DNA of 64,000 bases, taken from positions 1-64,000 of the forward strand of contig CAWDYC010000004.1 in assembly GCA_963806535.1 (NCBI GenBank), in the 5' to 3' direction. This document shows, in pieces, positions 36,083-46,450 of this stretch (position 1 is the first letter of the stretch; the number at the start of each line of letters is the position of its first letter). Below the pieces are notes generated by a model. That model was not told the origin of the DNA. It ran no database searches and saw only the letters and a list, made by a program, of their open reading frames with translations. A program made the translations under genes and the position numbers. The stretch comes from Candidatus Bathyarchaeota archaeon (GTDB lineage Archaea > Thermoproteota > Bathyarchaeia > Bathyarchaeales > Bathycorpusculaceae).

Positions 36083-36448
36083 CTTTTTATTACTTGTTGG
36101 ATTTCGTTAGAAGCAAAGTGGCGTCCGACCTATTTATGCTTTATTAACTCTTCATATACAATACAACATATTCGGCGAATTTACAACAAGAAGACCGCCA
36201 ATAAACCCCTAAGCATCTTTAAGCCCAGCGCATTCATTATAAATCTATTAACCCTCAAAGCTAAGCTTATCATTCAGGTTAAGTCGAGATATCTGTAGCT
36301 TATTATAATGCTCTTTTAGATTCAGTAATGTCAGACAAAACAAACTCAGTTTTAAAAGAAATGGCTCAGAGTAATATGACTGAGATCCCAGTAGTGTTTC
36401 TTATAATTCTGGCAAAAGTGAATTATTCGGTGTCAAAAGCATGGCTGA

Positions 36449-36510
36449 GTAGACCGAGGGATTTGGACACGGCCCATAGTGGAGATATCACCAGCAGTAC
36501 CTCTTTTTTT
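36449..36510 (-). repeat. Degenerate tRNA-Ala 3' fragment plus arm (att-like site)
   Basis: GTAGACCGAGGGATTTGGACAC followed by GGAGATATCACCAGC...CCTCTTTTTT. Confidence 0.6.
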
Positions 36511-36584
36511 GAATTATACTTTCTTTGAAAATGTCTTAATTTAGCTCCACCATAAAACTAAAATCATCGAAAAGATTACAGGTA

Positions 36585-37139
36585 GTGGTGCTAAGATTGT
36601 TTATTTCAGGTAAGTCAAATTTAACACGAAACATAATATCCCTTGCAATATTTGTTTTCATCATAATGGTTGTCGGACCAATAACAATGCAAGGAGCGTA
36701 CGCAGCTCCCACTATAACGTTAAACCCCACAAGCGGACCAACAGGCACAACCGTGCATATTTACGGTTCAGGATTCACACCGAACGGTCAAATACAGAGC
36801 CAACTTTGGAACGGAACAAGCGCCTACAGCTTCACCGCTGATGCAACTGGGAACCTAAATACGACCACCGTAGTTCCCAATGTAGAGTCAGGACCTTATG
36901 TGTTTATAGTAATAGATGCGTCGAGCCAAGGTACAACGCAAACACAATTCACAGTAACTCAATCATCAACTTCTCCTACGCCAACCACAACCTCTTCTAC
37001 GTCAGCATCGCCCTCACCAACGCCCAGCGTTCCAGAACTTCAGTTGCCAGTTGTTGTTCTAATCCTGTTCATTGCAACATCTAGCTTAGCCGTTTCGACG
37101 GTTAGAAAACGCAAGACGGTTACCATCCAAAGCATTTAA
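36585..37139 (+). CDS. Secreted Ig-like protein with PEF-CTERM-like sorting signal
   Basis: AYA cleavage site, PTSGPTGTTVHIYGSGF, S/T/P linker, VPEL plus TM plus RKRK. Confidence 0.75.
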   Translation: MVLRLFISGKSNLTRNIISLAIFVFIIMVVGPITMQGAYAAPTITLNPTSGPTGTTVHIYGSGFTPNGQIQSQLWNGTSAYSFTADATGNLNTTTVVPNVESGPYVFIVIDASSQGTTQTQFTVTQSSTSPTPTTTSSTSASPSPTPSVPELQLPVVVLILFIATSSLAVSTVRKRKTVTIQSI

Positions 37140-37203
37140 AAAACCTATTTTGTATTTTTTTATAATAAACTTGTAAGAAGCCAAAGCCCCACTATACCAA
37201 GTG

Positions 37204-37265
37204 GTGGACCGGGGGGATTTGAACCCTTTCCCGTGCCGTGATTTCATTCGCAAAACCCCTTTTTT
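37204..37265 (-). repeat. tRNA-Ala 3' fragment plus arm (att-like site)
   Basis: GTGGACCGGGGGGATTTGAACCC matches the tRNA-Ala 3' end apart from one G; then 29 nt and CCCCTTTTTT. Confidence 0.8.
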
Positions 37266-37718
37266 CTTTTGTGCATACTTAGCGAAGGCGAACAAAATGT
37301 ACAAAATCGTTAGTTGCCCTCATTGCGGCAAAATTATCCCGGAGCATACACTCAAATGAGGATCAACACGAAAGATCGTAACTGGTCCAGAGTGTGGCAG
37401 TCAAAGTAACTGCAAAGATGAGGAGGGAAATACACGAATAGGAAAAATTCAGACCTACCTCTGCTGTGATTGCAGCCACAGGGTTTCTTAATAAATTGGT
37501 ATTTTCCAAGATTCTATAGAAAAATTTTCGCTTTTATGAGCGACTTAATAATCTGTTCGATTTCTTTTTCATTTAACATTAACTTAAACTTGATTCGACT
37601 TCGGGCTTTTCCACAAATATTTTCCAGAGGGCGATAATTGTTTACTGGCGCAAAGTAAAGAAAAACCAGAAATTGACAGCGTTTAAACAGCTCAGTCTAA
37701 AGCACAATTTAATTCTGG

Positions 37719-40700
37719 TTAGGTTGGTTCGATTCGATAGTTTTCTTTTCCATTCCTGTTTAGTTTTGGAATCGTCAGGGTGAATTTAGCTCCGTTTCCG
37801 GGGGTGCTGTTTTCCTCAATTTCCCATCCATAAATGTCCATCATTTTTTTGATCAAAAATAGTCCAAATCCTGTGCTGCCGCCTGTGCTATACCCTTCCT
37901 TGAAAAGAAACTGTTTATTCTTAGAAAGTACACCCACTCCATTATCCTCATAAACCAACTTAAGACAGTCCTGACCATCTGTATTTTCAAAGTGAACTCT
38001 TATAGTCGTGGCTTTTTGGCCGTATTTTCGGGTATTGTCGATGAAATTGTAGAACATCTGTCTTAGAAATGAATCAGCTAGAATTTTCAGACCATTGCAT
38101 TCATTAATTATATTGGGAAGTGAACCGGAAAAGAGTGAAACAGCTTCTTTTAGCTTGATCTCAACATCTATGTAAACCAAATCTTCTATTCCTAGTTGTT
38201 CATACATTTTTGCGAACTCAAAGATTTTCACAGATTCTGCCACGGCTCGCTCCATAGTGGTAAGCCCATCCACCACATCTACTAAATCACTGTGCTTTTT
38301 CTTGAGAAGATATGCACAACCATTTACTACTGACAATTTATTGCGAACATCATGTCTAGTTAAACTGCCCACGACACCTAATTTTTCGTTAACTAATACT
38401 AACTGATCCACCATCTGGTTTACTTTTTCTTCAGCTTTTTTGCGCTCAGTAACGTCCCTAGCAATGGCTGCAAAACAACGGGTCTCATTAATTCGTAGCT
38501 CGGTCATAGATATCTCTATTAAAAGTTCAGACCCGTCTTTTCTAAGGGCAGGGAGTTCTTGAATTTCGCCTGTAATCTGTATGTTTTCAGCTAAACTATT
38601 GGTTGAGGTTAGATTAGCATGGTTATTGCGAAACTTTGTCGATGGTATTATTTCGTTTAGTTTTTTGACAACTGCTTCTTCTTTTGTGTAACCAAAAATT
38701 TGTTCAGAAGCTGGATTCCAATATATTATTCGGTCTTTATCATCAAACAGAAATATTGCGTCAATTGCCGATTCACTAATGGCTCTAAACTTAGCGTCAC
38801 TTGCCTAGTAAATCTTGTTCCATAGACTTACGTTTAGTAATGTCTATACTTAGCTCCGATACAGCGATAATTTTGTTATTTTCATCTTTAATTGGTGTGG
38901 CAACGATTTCGACCCAATAGGGCTTGCCATCCACAGTAGTGGAGCAGTACTCATGTGAATCAGAAGTTGTTTTTCCTGCAAAAACCTTCGCAACACCACA
39001 GTCTGGACAAGGTGCCTCCAAAGTGTTTAGTGTCGAGTAGCATAGTTTTCCATTTACATTGCCTTTGTATCTTCTAATAAAGTCGTTTTCCCATAAAATA
39101 TGGTAGTCTTTGCTAATAATAACAAGACCGGCATCAATGCTTGCTGTAACTGACTCAAGCTTTTCTCGCTCTTGCCAAAGAGCACCGTTTGCTTCGATAC
39201 GTTCGGTAATGTCATTGTAGATTGCAATAATGTTTCCATTCGGTAGTTTGTATATCCAGTTTTCGCGCCAGCTACGAATGGTCTTTGTCATCTTTGTAGA
39301 GTGTCGCTGGATAATATTCTGGTTTTCCTGTTCGCCACACTCGTTTAAAAACCTCGAAAATACCAAAACTTTTTACGCTTGGAAAGACTTGTGTCACTCG
39401 CTTGCCAAGAACTGTATCCTTGCCTATTTTCTCGATTTTTTCTGCGGCAGTGTTGAAATTTCTAAAAATAAAATCTTCTCCGTTTTCAACCGCCTCATAA
39501 ATAGCAACTCCACTTGGCATGCTTGAAAACAATTGTCTAAATTGTTCTTCGCTCTGACGCAATGACGCCTCATTTCTTTTCCGTTCAGTGATGTCGGTTA
39601 CTAATTCCAAGTATTGCCGTCTGTCCATTATAATCTATCAACTTCGAATTAATTATTGCTTCAATTTTTCCACCATCTTTAGTGACGAGCTGGTATTCGT
39701 ATGGAGAAACATCTTCTCCTCTCATGTGCTTTGCATAAGACGCCTTCAATAAATCGACGCTTTCGGGACTAGCAATTGAAAGAAAGTTGAAGTTAGGAGA
39801 GTAGAATTCTTTTTTTGAATAGCCCAACGTGTCTTCGCATTTCTTGTTAGCATAAACCACTCTACTCTGAAGATTTATGAAAATCATATTAGGTGATTCT
39901 TCAGCAAGATTTCTGAATTTTTCTTCGCTTTCTTTCAAAGACTCTTCAGTTTTCTTGCGTTCAGTAATATCTGAATTGTAACCACTCCAAAGAATGCTGC
40001 CATCTTCTAACTTTTCTGGAGCAGACTGCCCCCACATCCAACGTATTTTTTGACCTGGAAGTTGTATTCGATACTCACATTGCCAAAGAGATAGATTTGC
40101 TGCCGATTGCTCAATTGAGGCGATTACTTTTTCCAAATCTTCTGGAACTATTGCTTTGGTGATCGGTGAAAAATCTTTTCGAACTTCCTGAGGCGAGCAA
40201 CCAAAAACATCGCGTATCTTGTTAGTTGCAAATGGTACACAAAATGTGCCATCAGGGCTTCTTAAAAACTGAAAAAGCATTCCAGGCGTTTGAGCAGCGA
40301 GTTTCAAAAAGCGAGTTTCGTGATCTTCTAATTCTTCTTTTGTTTTATGACGCTCCACAACTAGTTTGATGCTGTGTGCAAGTTCTCCATAAACGGTTTC
40401 TGGTGAGCCCTGTTTGTTATGATATCCATCTGCGCCAAGGTTTAGCGCCTTGATAGCTACTTCTTCCCTGCCTTTACCAGTAAATAGGATAAATGGAATT
40501 TGATTATTTTGTTCTCGAAGCTCTTTTAGAAATTCCAATCCATTCTTCTGAGGCATTTCATAATCACTAATAACAATATCAAACTTCGCAGATCTTATTT
40601 TTCTGAAGGCCTCATCAACACAACTTGCATGTTCAATTTCGAAGTTGCCTATTTCCAAAAGGATCAACTTTGAGATTTCGAGGATGGAAGAATCATCATC

Positions 40701-40790
40701 AACATGCAAAACTCGAATAACCTTTTCCTTATTTAGGGCAACTAAATCAGTTACTTTTACCTGTATTCCATTCTGGTTGAGGGTTTGCAT
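37719..40790 (-). CDS. Hybrid REC-(PAS)n-histidine kinase, frameshifted
   Basis: REC: HVDDD, SDYEMP, FTGKG; multiple PAS domains; HDVRNKL, NFIDNTRKYG, DNGVG, GFGLFL. Confidence 0.9.
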
Positions 40791-41029
40791 CGTCTATACC
40801 CCCCGGACTAAAATAGTTGCTGAGTCAATAATAAGTCATTTATGAATTTAGAATACTAAAAAACTTGTTGATATCATGAAGTGGGACTTCCATTCTTCAT
40901 CATGATCTTTTATGTCGAGAGGATTATCTGTGTCCCAGCATCTTTTCAAAGTCAGGGCATGATTCATTTAATTTGCTAACAGAGAATTTAAGCCAATCCT
41001 ACAAAATTACAGGAGCCAAAGATGGTTCA

Positions 41030-41180
41030 CAGATTTCTGGTTTATCTGCTATTTCTTGACCTGGAGAAGCTTATCTTTGACTGCTTCGGCAACAAACTCT
41101 GTCTGATTCCTTTATTCCAAAAGATTCTTCTCTAAGATCTTATCGACCTCGTTTCGTCAAGCTCGACAGGCAGTTTTACG
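41030..41180 (-). pseudogene. Ribbon-helix-helix (CopG-like) remnant
   Basis: MTKRYVNVKLPVEL...EVDKIL...EFVAEAVKDKL, interrupted by an indel and a stop. Confidence 0.5.
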
Positions 41181-41413
41181 TTGACATAGCGCTTCGTCAT
41201 AGGTACGGATTTAGCGGAAGCTTCTACGTCCTCACAATGTACGTTGTATTCTGGCATGCGTAAGGTCTTCCAAAATAAGGGGTATAGAGGAAGAGGTCTT
41301 TCGAGTTTTGTCTTATCATCAGAATCTATAAAAACAAACCTAATAATTCTAAGCCACTTCTTTCTATACCAGCCAATCCATGGAAGACCTTGGTGTTTGT
41401 AAGCGAACCGCAT

Positions 41414-41475
41414 GTGGACCGGGGGGATTTGAACCCAGGCAGAAGTGGAGATGTCACCAGCAATTCCCCTTTTTT
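41414..41475 (-). repeat. tRNA-Ala 3' fragment plus arm (att-like site)
   Basis: GTGGACCGGGGGGATTTGAACCC, 29 nt containing GGAGATGTCACCAGC, then CCCCTTTTTT. Confidence 0.82.
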
Positions 41476-41602
41476 CTTCGGCGCACGCGCAGATGTATCA
41501 AAAATTACAAAACTTTTTTGGAAAAATAATAGGGAAAAAAAACAATTTGCTATCTTATAAGGATTTAGCAAGTTATAAGAATAAAACATCATATATAGAT
41601 AT

Positions 41603-41673
41603 TATTGAGCGAAAGTGCAGTTTACGTTTTTGCTCTCGCTCAGCAAATAAAGGCTTGTGCTTTCGTTCAAATA
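41603..41673 (+). promoter_or_regulatory. Structured 5' leader of surface-protein gene
   Basis: TTGAGCGAAAGTGCAG pairs with CTTGTGCTTTCGTTCAA (G-U pairs); followed by AAAATTAAAGGAAAGAAAAAAATG as in paralog 2. Confidence 0.55.
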
Positions 41674-41693
41674 AAATTAAAGGAAAGAAAAAA

Positions 41694-44438
41694 ATGAAAA
41701 TTTTAAAAAATAAAACCGCGACTATATTAATTGCAACATTTCTAATGATTTCAATGATGGCTTCATTAGCCTTAGTGCCTGTAAAAGGACAATTCGCAGA
41801 AATAACCCCTCCAGCAGGATCTACAGTGCCATCATATGCTTTTCTTAACATAGCACCTAACCCAGCAGGTGTAGGCCAAACAGTGACCCTAGACATGTTC
41901 CTTGCATCGCCTCTACTCACAAGTGAAGGCGCAACGAATATGACGATAGTAGAAACAACACCAAGCGGAACGACAACTACGCTAGGACCATTTACTTCTG
42001 ATGCTACCGGCGGAACATATACAACAATTGTACCTGAAACAACTGGTAACTATACGTTCCAGTTCTTCTATGGTGGACAATTAATGTTCAACGGTCTTTA
42101 TACAGGACCGAGCCATACGGGCGTAGAAACACTTGTAGTTCAGCAAACTTCAATACCATTAAGCTCATATCCAATAACGCCGCTTCCAACGAATTACTGG
42201 CAGAGTCCGGTCACAGCAGAGAACAGTCAAAACTGGTACGCAATTACTGGACCTTGGCTTGGCTACGGTTCCGTTACATTCGCTTCAACAGGTGGCTACA
42301 ACAATACTGGCAACTTTAACCCATACACCCAAGATGTTCTGTCTGGACATGTTCTTTGGACAAAGCCTTGGGCAGTAGGCGGTCTAGCTGGTGGAGACCT
42401 AGGCGGAACTGAACTCAGTAACTTCTGGTCAACCTCTCAGTATTGGCCAAAGTTTGCCCCAGTCATAATGAACGGCATACTCTACTCAACCTGGTACACA
42501 ACAACCACAGGATACTCAAACGGCATCATTGCAATGAACTTGTACGATGGACAAACCCTATGGACACTAAACACCACTAATCCGTTGCTTTGCGGCATGG
42601 AAACTCAATGGAAAACAATTAACATGTACGGCGTTATAGGTCCGTACATCATTACATCAGGAACTCTACCTGGCGTAAATGATGGATTCGGAACAACCGT
42701 CGGGATGTTCGGTCCAACCCTTGGACCACTGGCAGAGTTTAACCTGTATGATGCCTTAACTGGAACATACGTTCTTAGCATTGTCAATGGCACCGCAACT
42801 CCAACATTTACGACAGATGCCAACGGAAACATAATCGGCTACTACACTGATTCTACCCCTGGTACAATCACTACATATGGAACCACAGCCGCAATGGGTG
42901 GATTTCCAACGGTGACAGGGAAAGTGACCATTACGCCTACTAGTCCTCCTTATGTGGTTGAGTGGAACATGTCAAATGCCCTTGCCGCAATAGGAGCCCC
43001 AGGCCAGAGTCAAGCTTGGGGTTGGTCGCCACCAGCGGGCTCAGTGGCTAACTTCGATTACGGAAATGTGTGGGCCACACCGATGGCTAATGTTACTACA
43101 GACACAGGCGCTCCTCTAAACAACGGACAACTAGCTTACGCTACGCAAATAAACGGTATTGGCGGTATGCTAACTAACAACGCAGTGGTATTGACTGGCG
43201 GATTCACTACTGGACAAGGGACTGGAGGCGAGCAAGATGGCTGGCTAATTGTAAGCGCAAAGGATGCAACCACTGGAGCTACGCTATTTGCCAAGAACTA
43301 TACATATCCAAATGTTGAGGCTTTGTTACCTTTCACGAGGACAATAGTGCAAGTCACAGACGGAGAGATAATAATATGCAACCAGGTAAACAATCAGGTT
43401 GACGCCATTAATGCACGTACTGGTAATATCGATTGGAAGACAACACTTCAAGGGTCCAGCGGCGGAACTCCAAATCTATATAACGTCTTTGGCATCGCAA
43501 TTCGCAATGGTCCAGGCATGTCCATCTATGAAGGCTTCGGAGGAGACATATGGGGTGTAAACGATGCGACTGGAAACATAATGTGGTACACGAATACAAC
43601 TGCAATCTTGGGCAATCCAGGGATTGAAACTCCGTACGGCATATGGCCACTGTGGGTCTTCGGTTGCACTTGCGTATCCAACGGTATTGCATACCTGGCT
43701 GTCGGCCATGAGTACAACCCGCCACTATTCCACGGAGCACAACTGCTAGCATTAAACTTGACAAATGGAAATCTAGTATGGAGTGAACTAGACTTTTCCG
43801 TTGAATCCACATCAATTGCACAAGGCATCGTACTGACGCGCAACGCTTACGACAACCAACTCTACTCCATGGGCAAAGGACCAAGCGCAATGACAGTCAC
43901 TGCACCAGATGTCGGAGTCACAACTGCTACTCCAATAACAATAACTGGCACAACAATGGATGTCTCTGCAGGCGCATCGCAAGAAGCGGTCAAAGCAAAC
44001 TTCCCCAATGGTCTACCATGCGTTTCCGATGCTAGCGAGAGTCACTGGATGGAGTATGTATATCAGCAGCAACCGTATCCGACCGGAGCAACAGGTGTTC
44101 CAGTCACTCTAAGCGTAATAGACGCCAACAACAACTTTAGAACCATCGGCACAACCAAAACCGACGCTAGCGGACACTACTCCTATACATGGACACCTGA
44201 CATACCAGGAAACTACACACTCATAGCGGCATTCGCAGGCTCCAACTCATACTACGGATCATCAGATGAAACGAGCTTTTATGCTAGCTCGCCACCATCA
44301 ACACCGACACCCACCGCAACAACAGCCTCTAACTTGGCAACAACATCAATGCTAGAACTTGGAATTGTAGCCATCATAATCGTCATCATCATAATCGGCG
44401 TCGTATTGGCGTTGCTGATGATGAGAAAACACGCATAA
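41694..44438 (+). CDS. PQQ-like beta-propeller cell-surface protein, paralog 3
   Basis: Real start MKILKNK after AAGGAAAG; same conserved motifs as the paralogs; TM plus RKHA. Confidence 0.88.
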   Translation: MKILKNKTATILIATFLMISMMASLALVPVKGQFAEITPPAGSTVPSYAFLNIAPNPAGVGQTVTLDMFLASPLLTSEGATNMTIVETTPSGTTTTLGPFTSDATGGTYTTIVPETTGNYTFQFFYGGQLMFNGLYTGPSHTGVETLVVQQTSIPLSSYPITPLPTNYWQSPVTAENSQNWYAITGPWLGYGSVTFASTGGYNNTGNFNPYTQDVLSGHVLWTKPWAVGGLAGGDLGGTELSNFWSTSQYWPKFAPVIMNGILYSTWYTTTTGYSNGIIAMNLYDGQTLWTLNTTNPLLCGMETQWKTINMYGVIGPYIITSGTLPGVNDGFGTTVGMFGPTLGPLAEFNLYDALTGTYVLSIVNGTATPTFTTDANGNIIGYYTDSTPGTITTYGTTAAMGGFPTVTGKVTITPTSPPYVVEWNMSNALAAIGAPGQSQAWGWSPPAGSVANFDYGNVWATPMANVTTDTGAPLNNGQLAYATQINGIGGMLTNNAVVLTGGFTTGQGTGGEQDGWLIVSAKDATTGATLFAKNYTYPNVEALLPFTRTIVQVTDGEIIICNQVNNQVDAINARTGNIDWKTTLQGSSGGTPNLYNVFGIAIRNGPGMSIYEGFGGDIWGVNDATGNIMWYTNTTAILGNPGIETPYGIWPLWVFGCTCVSNGIAYLAVGHEYNPPLFHGAQLLALNLTNGNLVWSELDFSVESTSIAQGIVLTRNAYDNQLYSMGKGPSAMTVTAPDVGVTTATPITITGTTMDVSAGASQEAVKANFPNGLPCVSDASESHWMEYVYQQQPYPTGATGVPVTLSVIDANNNFRTIGTTKTDASGHYSYTWTPDIPGNYTLIAAFAGSNSYYGSSDETSFYASSPPSTPTPTATTASNLATTSMLELGIVAIIIVIIIIGVVLALLMMRKHA

Positions 44439-44514
44439 ACACAAGCAAGCCAAAAAATCAATTTCCCCTTCCTTTTTTTCTTCTTAAAAATCATATACAT
44501 AAGGGTATGGACAG

Positions 44515-44568
44515 AGTTTTCATTTGGCGTTTTTCTTCCTTCAGTTTGTCCAGAGCCTCAGCAAACCC
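44515..44568. repeat. Second boundary repeat, copy 1
   Basis: 32-bp TCCTTCAGTTTGTCCAGAGCCTCAGCAAACCC identical to 51827-51858. Confidence 0.8.
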
Positions 44569-44614
44569 TCAACGGCAAAATGAAATTAAGCAAATACAAG
44601 TCTTTTGACAAAAA

Positions 44615-44636
44615 GTGGTCTGGAGGGATTTTGCAC
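44615..44636 (-). repeat. Degenerate tRNA-Ala 3' fragment
   Basis: GTGGTCTGGAGGGATTTTGCAC, preceded by TTTTGACAAAAA like the TTTTGACAAGA before the 52033 copy. Confidence 0.55.
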
Positions 44637-45023
44637 TCTTGCCACAAAATACGATGAAATTACTGTTAGCGGAACTCAAGTACAATCCTGCAAAGAAACT
44701 AAGAAGGTTCTCAAATGCCTGGAACTCATTAAGCGTCTCAAAGGTGTACTTTTAAACGTAGTAGCATATGTATAAGTATATATACATTGTTTTTTGGCGC
44801 ATCTCCCCCAAAATCCCTTTTCTTTTTGATTTTTCAGCGGATAATTAGCGAACCGAATCATAGATATTTCCGAAAGGAGAACGGCCGAAAAGACTATCTC
44901 TTTACATAAAGAGGGAATCACAATTAAACCAATTGTTCCAGTAAAGAATTGCCTTATGAGGCGGTTTTTTTGGTCATTCGCCTTAGCGCATAAACCATTT
45001 TGTTTCTGTTCTGAGCCAAGATT

Positions 45024-45812
45024 CTAATGTGTTCTATCCCACAAATCGTCAAAGTAGTGTGTGGCTAGTTTTACAACATGCAGGTTGTTTGACCATAACG
45101 AGGGTAGACCATTTTCCTTACATACGGCTAAGGTTACTTCTTTTCTGTCAAAAATACGCATTCCATCTGGGTCAAAGTTGGACAGGTATTTAATTTCAAA
45201 GAAGGGATTTTTCGCTAAGGCTTGCGGCTTTCTCAGTGCTAAATCTCCCTCCGCCTTTTGTGTCATCATCCGAATTTTTACGCCTCTCCTCATTGCCCTC
45301 TTGTGAAATTGGAGATCGCGAAATAACGTTTTCTCAACGGCTTTCAATGGAATAGCGATATCTATACTGGTTTGAGCCGACTGAGTTAGCCTTTCGAATA
45401 TTTTTAGAAGAAGTGTTTTTTCTGAAGTAATTATGAACTGTGACTCCTCTTCATGAGGAGCTATTTTAGCATTATTGTTGTGAAAATTATTAAGTAGCGA
45501 GCTTGTTTTCTTTTGTATTTCAGCATATTCCTTTTTTCTTTTTTGAAGCAGAATTGAAATGCCTTCCTCTAGCGGCGTGGCTCTGTATATGGTCGGTTTA
45601 GTTATGATTTTTTCTGCAAGTCCCAGTTCTTGCAACGTAGGCATTATTCGGTAGATATCTTGCCGAGCCATGTTTGAAGCCTTTGCAATTGTTTGAACAT
45701 TTGCTTTGCCAAGATTTAAAAGATTTAGATACATTCTAGCCTGTAAAAGGCTGAGTCCGCAATCGATTATTGTTTGTATGTTTTCGTCCTGAATCATGGA
45801 AACCCTTTCCAA
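45024..45812 (-). CDS. TrmB family transcriptional regulator
   Basis: GLSLLQARMYLNLL...IAKASNMARQDIYRIMPTLQELGL HTH plus PLD-like effector domain. Confidence 0.85.
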   Translation of the reverse strand: MERVSMIQDENIQTIIDCGLSLLQARMYLNLLNLGKANVQTIAKASNMARQDIYRIMPTLQELGLAEKIITKPTIYRATPLEEGISILLQKRKKEYAEIQKKTSSLLNNFHNNNAKIAPHEEESQFIITSEKTLLLKIFERLTQSAQTSIDIAIPLKAVEKTLFRDLQFHKRAMRRGVKIRMMTQKAEGDLALRKPQALAKNPFFEIKYLSNFDPDGMRIFDRKEVTLAVCKENGLPSLWSNNLHVVKLATHYFDDLWDRTH

Positions 45813-46255
45813 TTAGAAATCCTATATTTCAACCAGAGCTTGCTCAGCCCTATATCTTCTTAATCCATTGCACTCTAAAATTAAAAAAAAGGATAGGAAA
45901 ATTTTGTTTGACATTTTTCTTTTCACTTTAATTTTGTGGGTTAGCATTTAATTAAGAGCGCTAATAAGACTCACTCACTTATCGTGAATATAAAAAAGCG
46001 ATAATCCTTTTTTGAGATCACAACCAGCATTTGAGTTTTAGACACTTTTATCTGAAGAAGGAGAAAATATCATAGAAAGAATGCGCAGGGAAGAAAAACG
46101 CAAAACGAAAACTCTAACTTTCAGCGTAATATTGTCACTATACTCAATTCTTTTCACTTTATCTGAAGAAGTATGGATTACATAGGCTTAAACCTCTTCA
46201 AAATGATTAATCCACAAAAAACAGATAGAGAAAAAGTGGGAATGCGTGGTTGTGA

Positions 46256-46301
46256 TTTTCACTGTCTTTTCTTCCTTTGTATATCCAGAGCCTTAGCAAA
46301 C
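46256..46301. repeat. Second boundary repeat, degenerate copy
   Basis: TTTTCTTCCTTTGTATATCCAGAGCCTTAGCAAAC. Confidence 0.6.
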
Positions 46302-46450
46302 TTTTGACGTAGCGTTTTTTGAGCTTAGAGTGGCAGACTGTTTTTACTGAAATTTTACTGGGTTGATTTGTAAGAAGAAGTTCTTGTTACAAGTGTTTAA
46401 AACCAAAATGGACCGATGTTAGGCGCACAGAAAATAAGGAAAGAACAAAC

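Noticed and set aside
37297-37359. Tiny MYKIVSCPHCGK ORF
   Set aside because: Only half a zinc finger in 20 aa; cannot be supported as a gene.
37086-41592. ORFs sharing GFKSPRST (37086-37304, 41326-41592) as split SSV-type integrase fragments
   Set aside because: The shared peptide is just the translated tRNA fragment, and no integrase motifs flank it.
41445-41693. 83-aa N-terminal extension of the 997-aa ORF
   Set aside because: It covers the att arm, promoter and leader; paralogs show the true start is MKILKNK at 41694.
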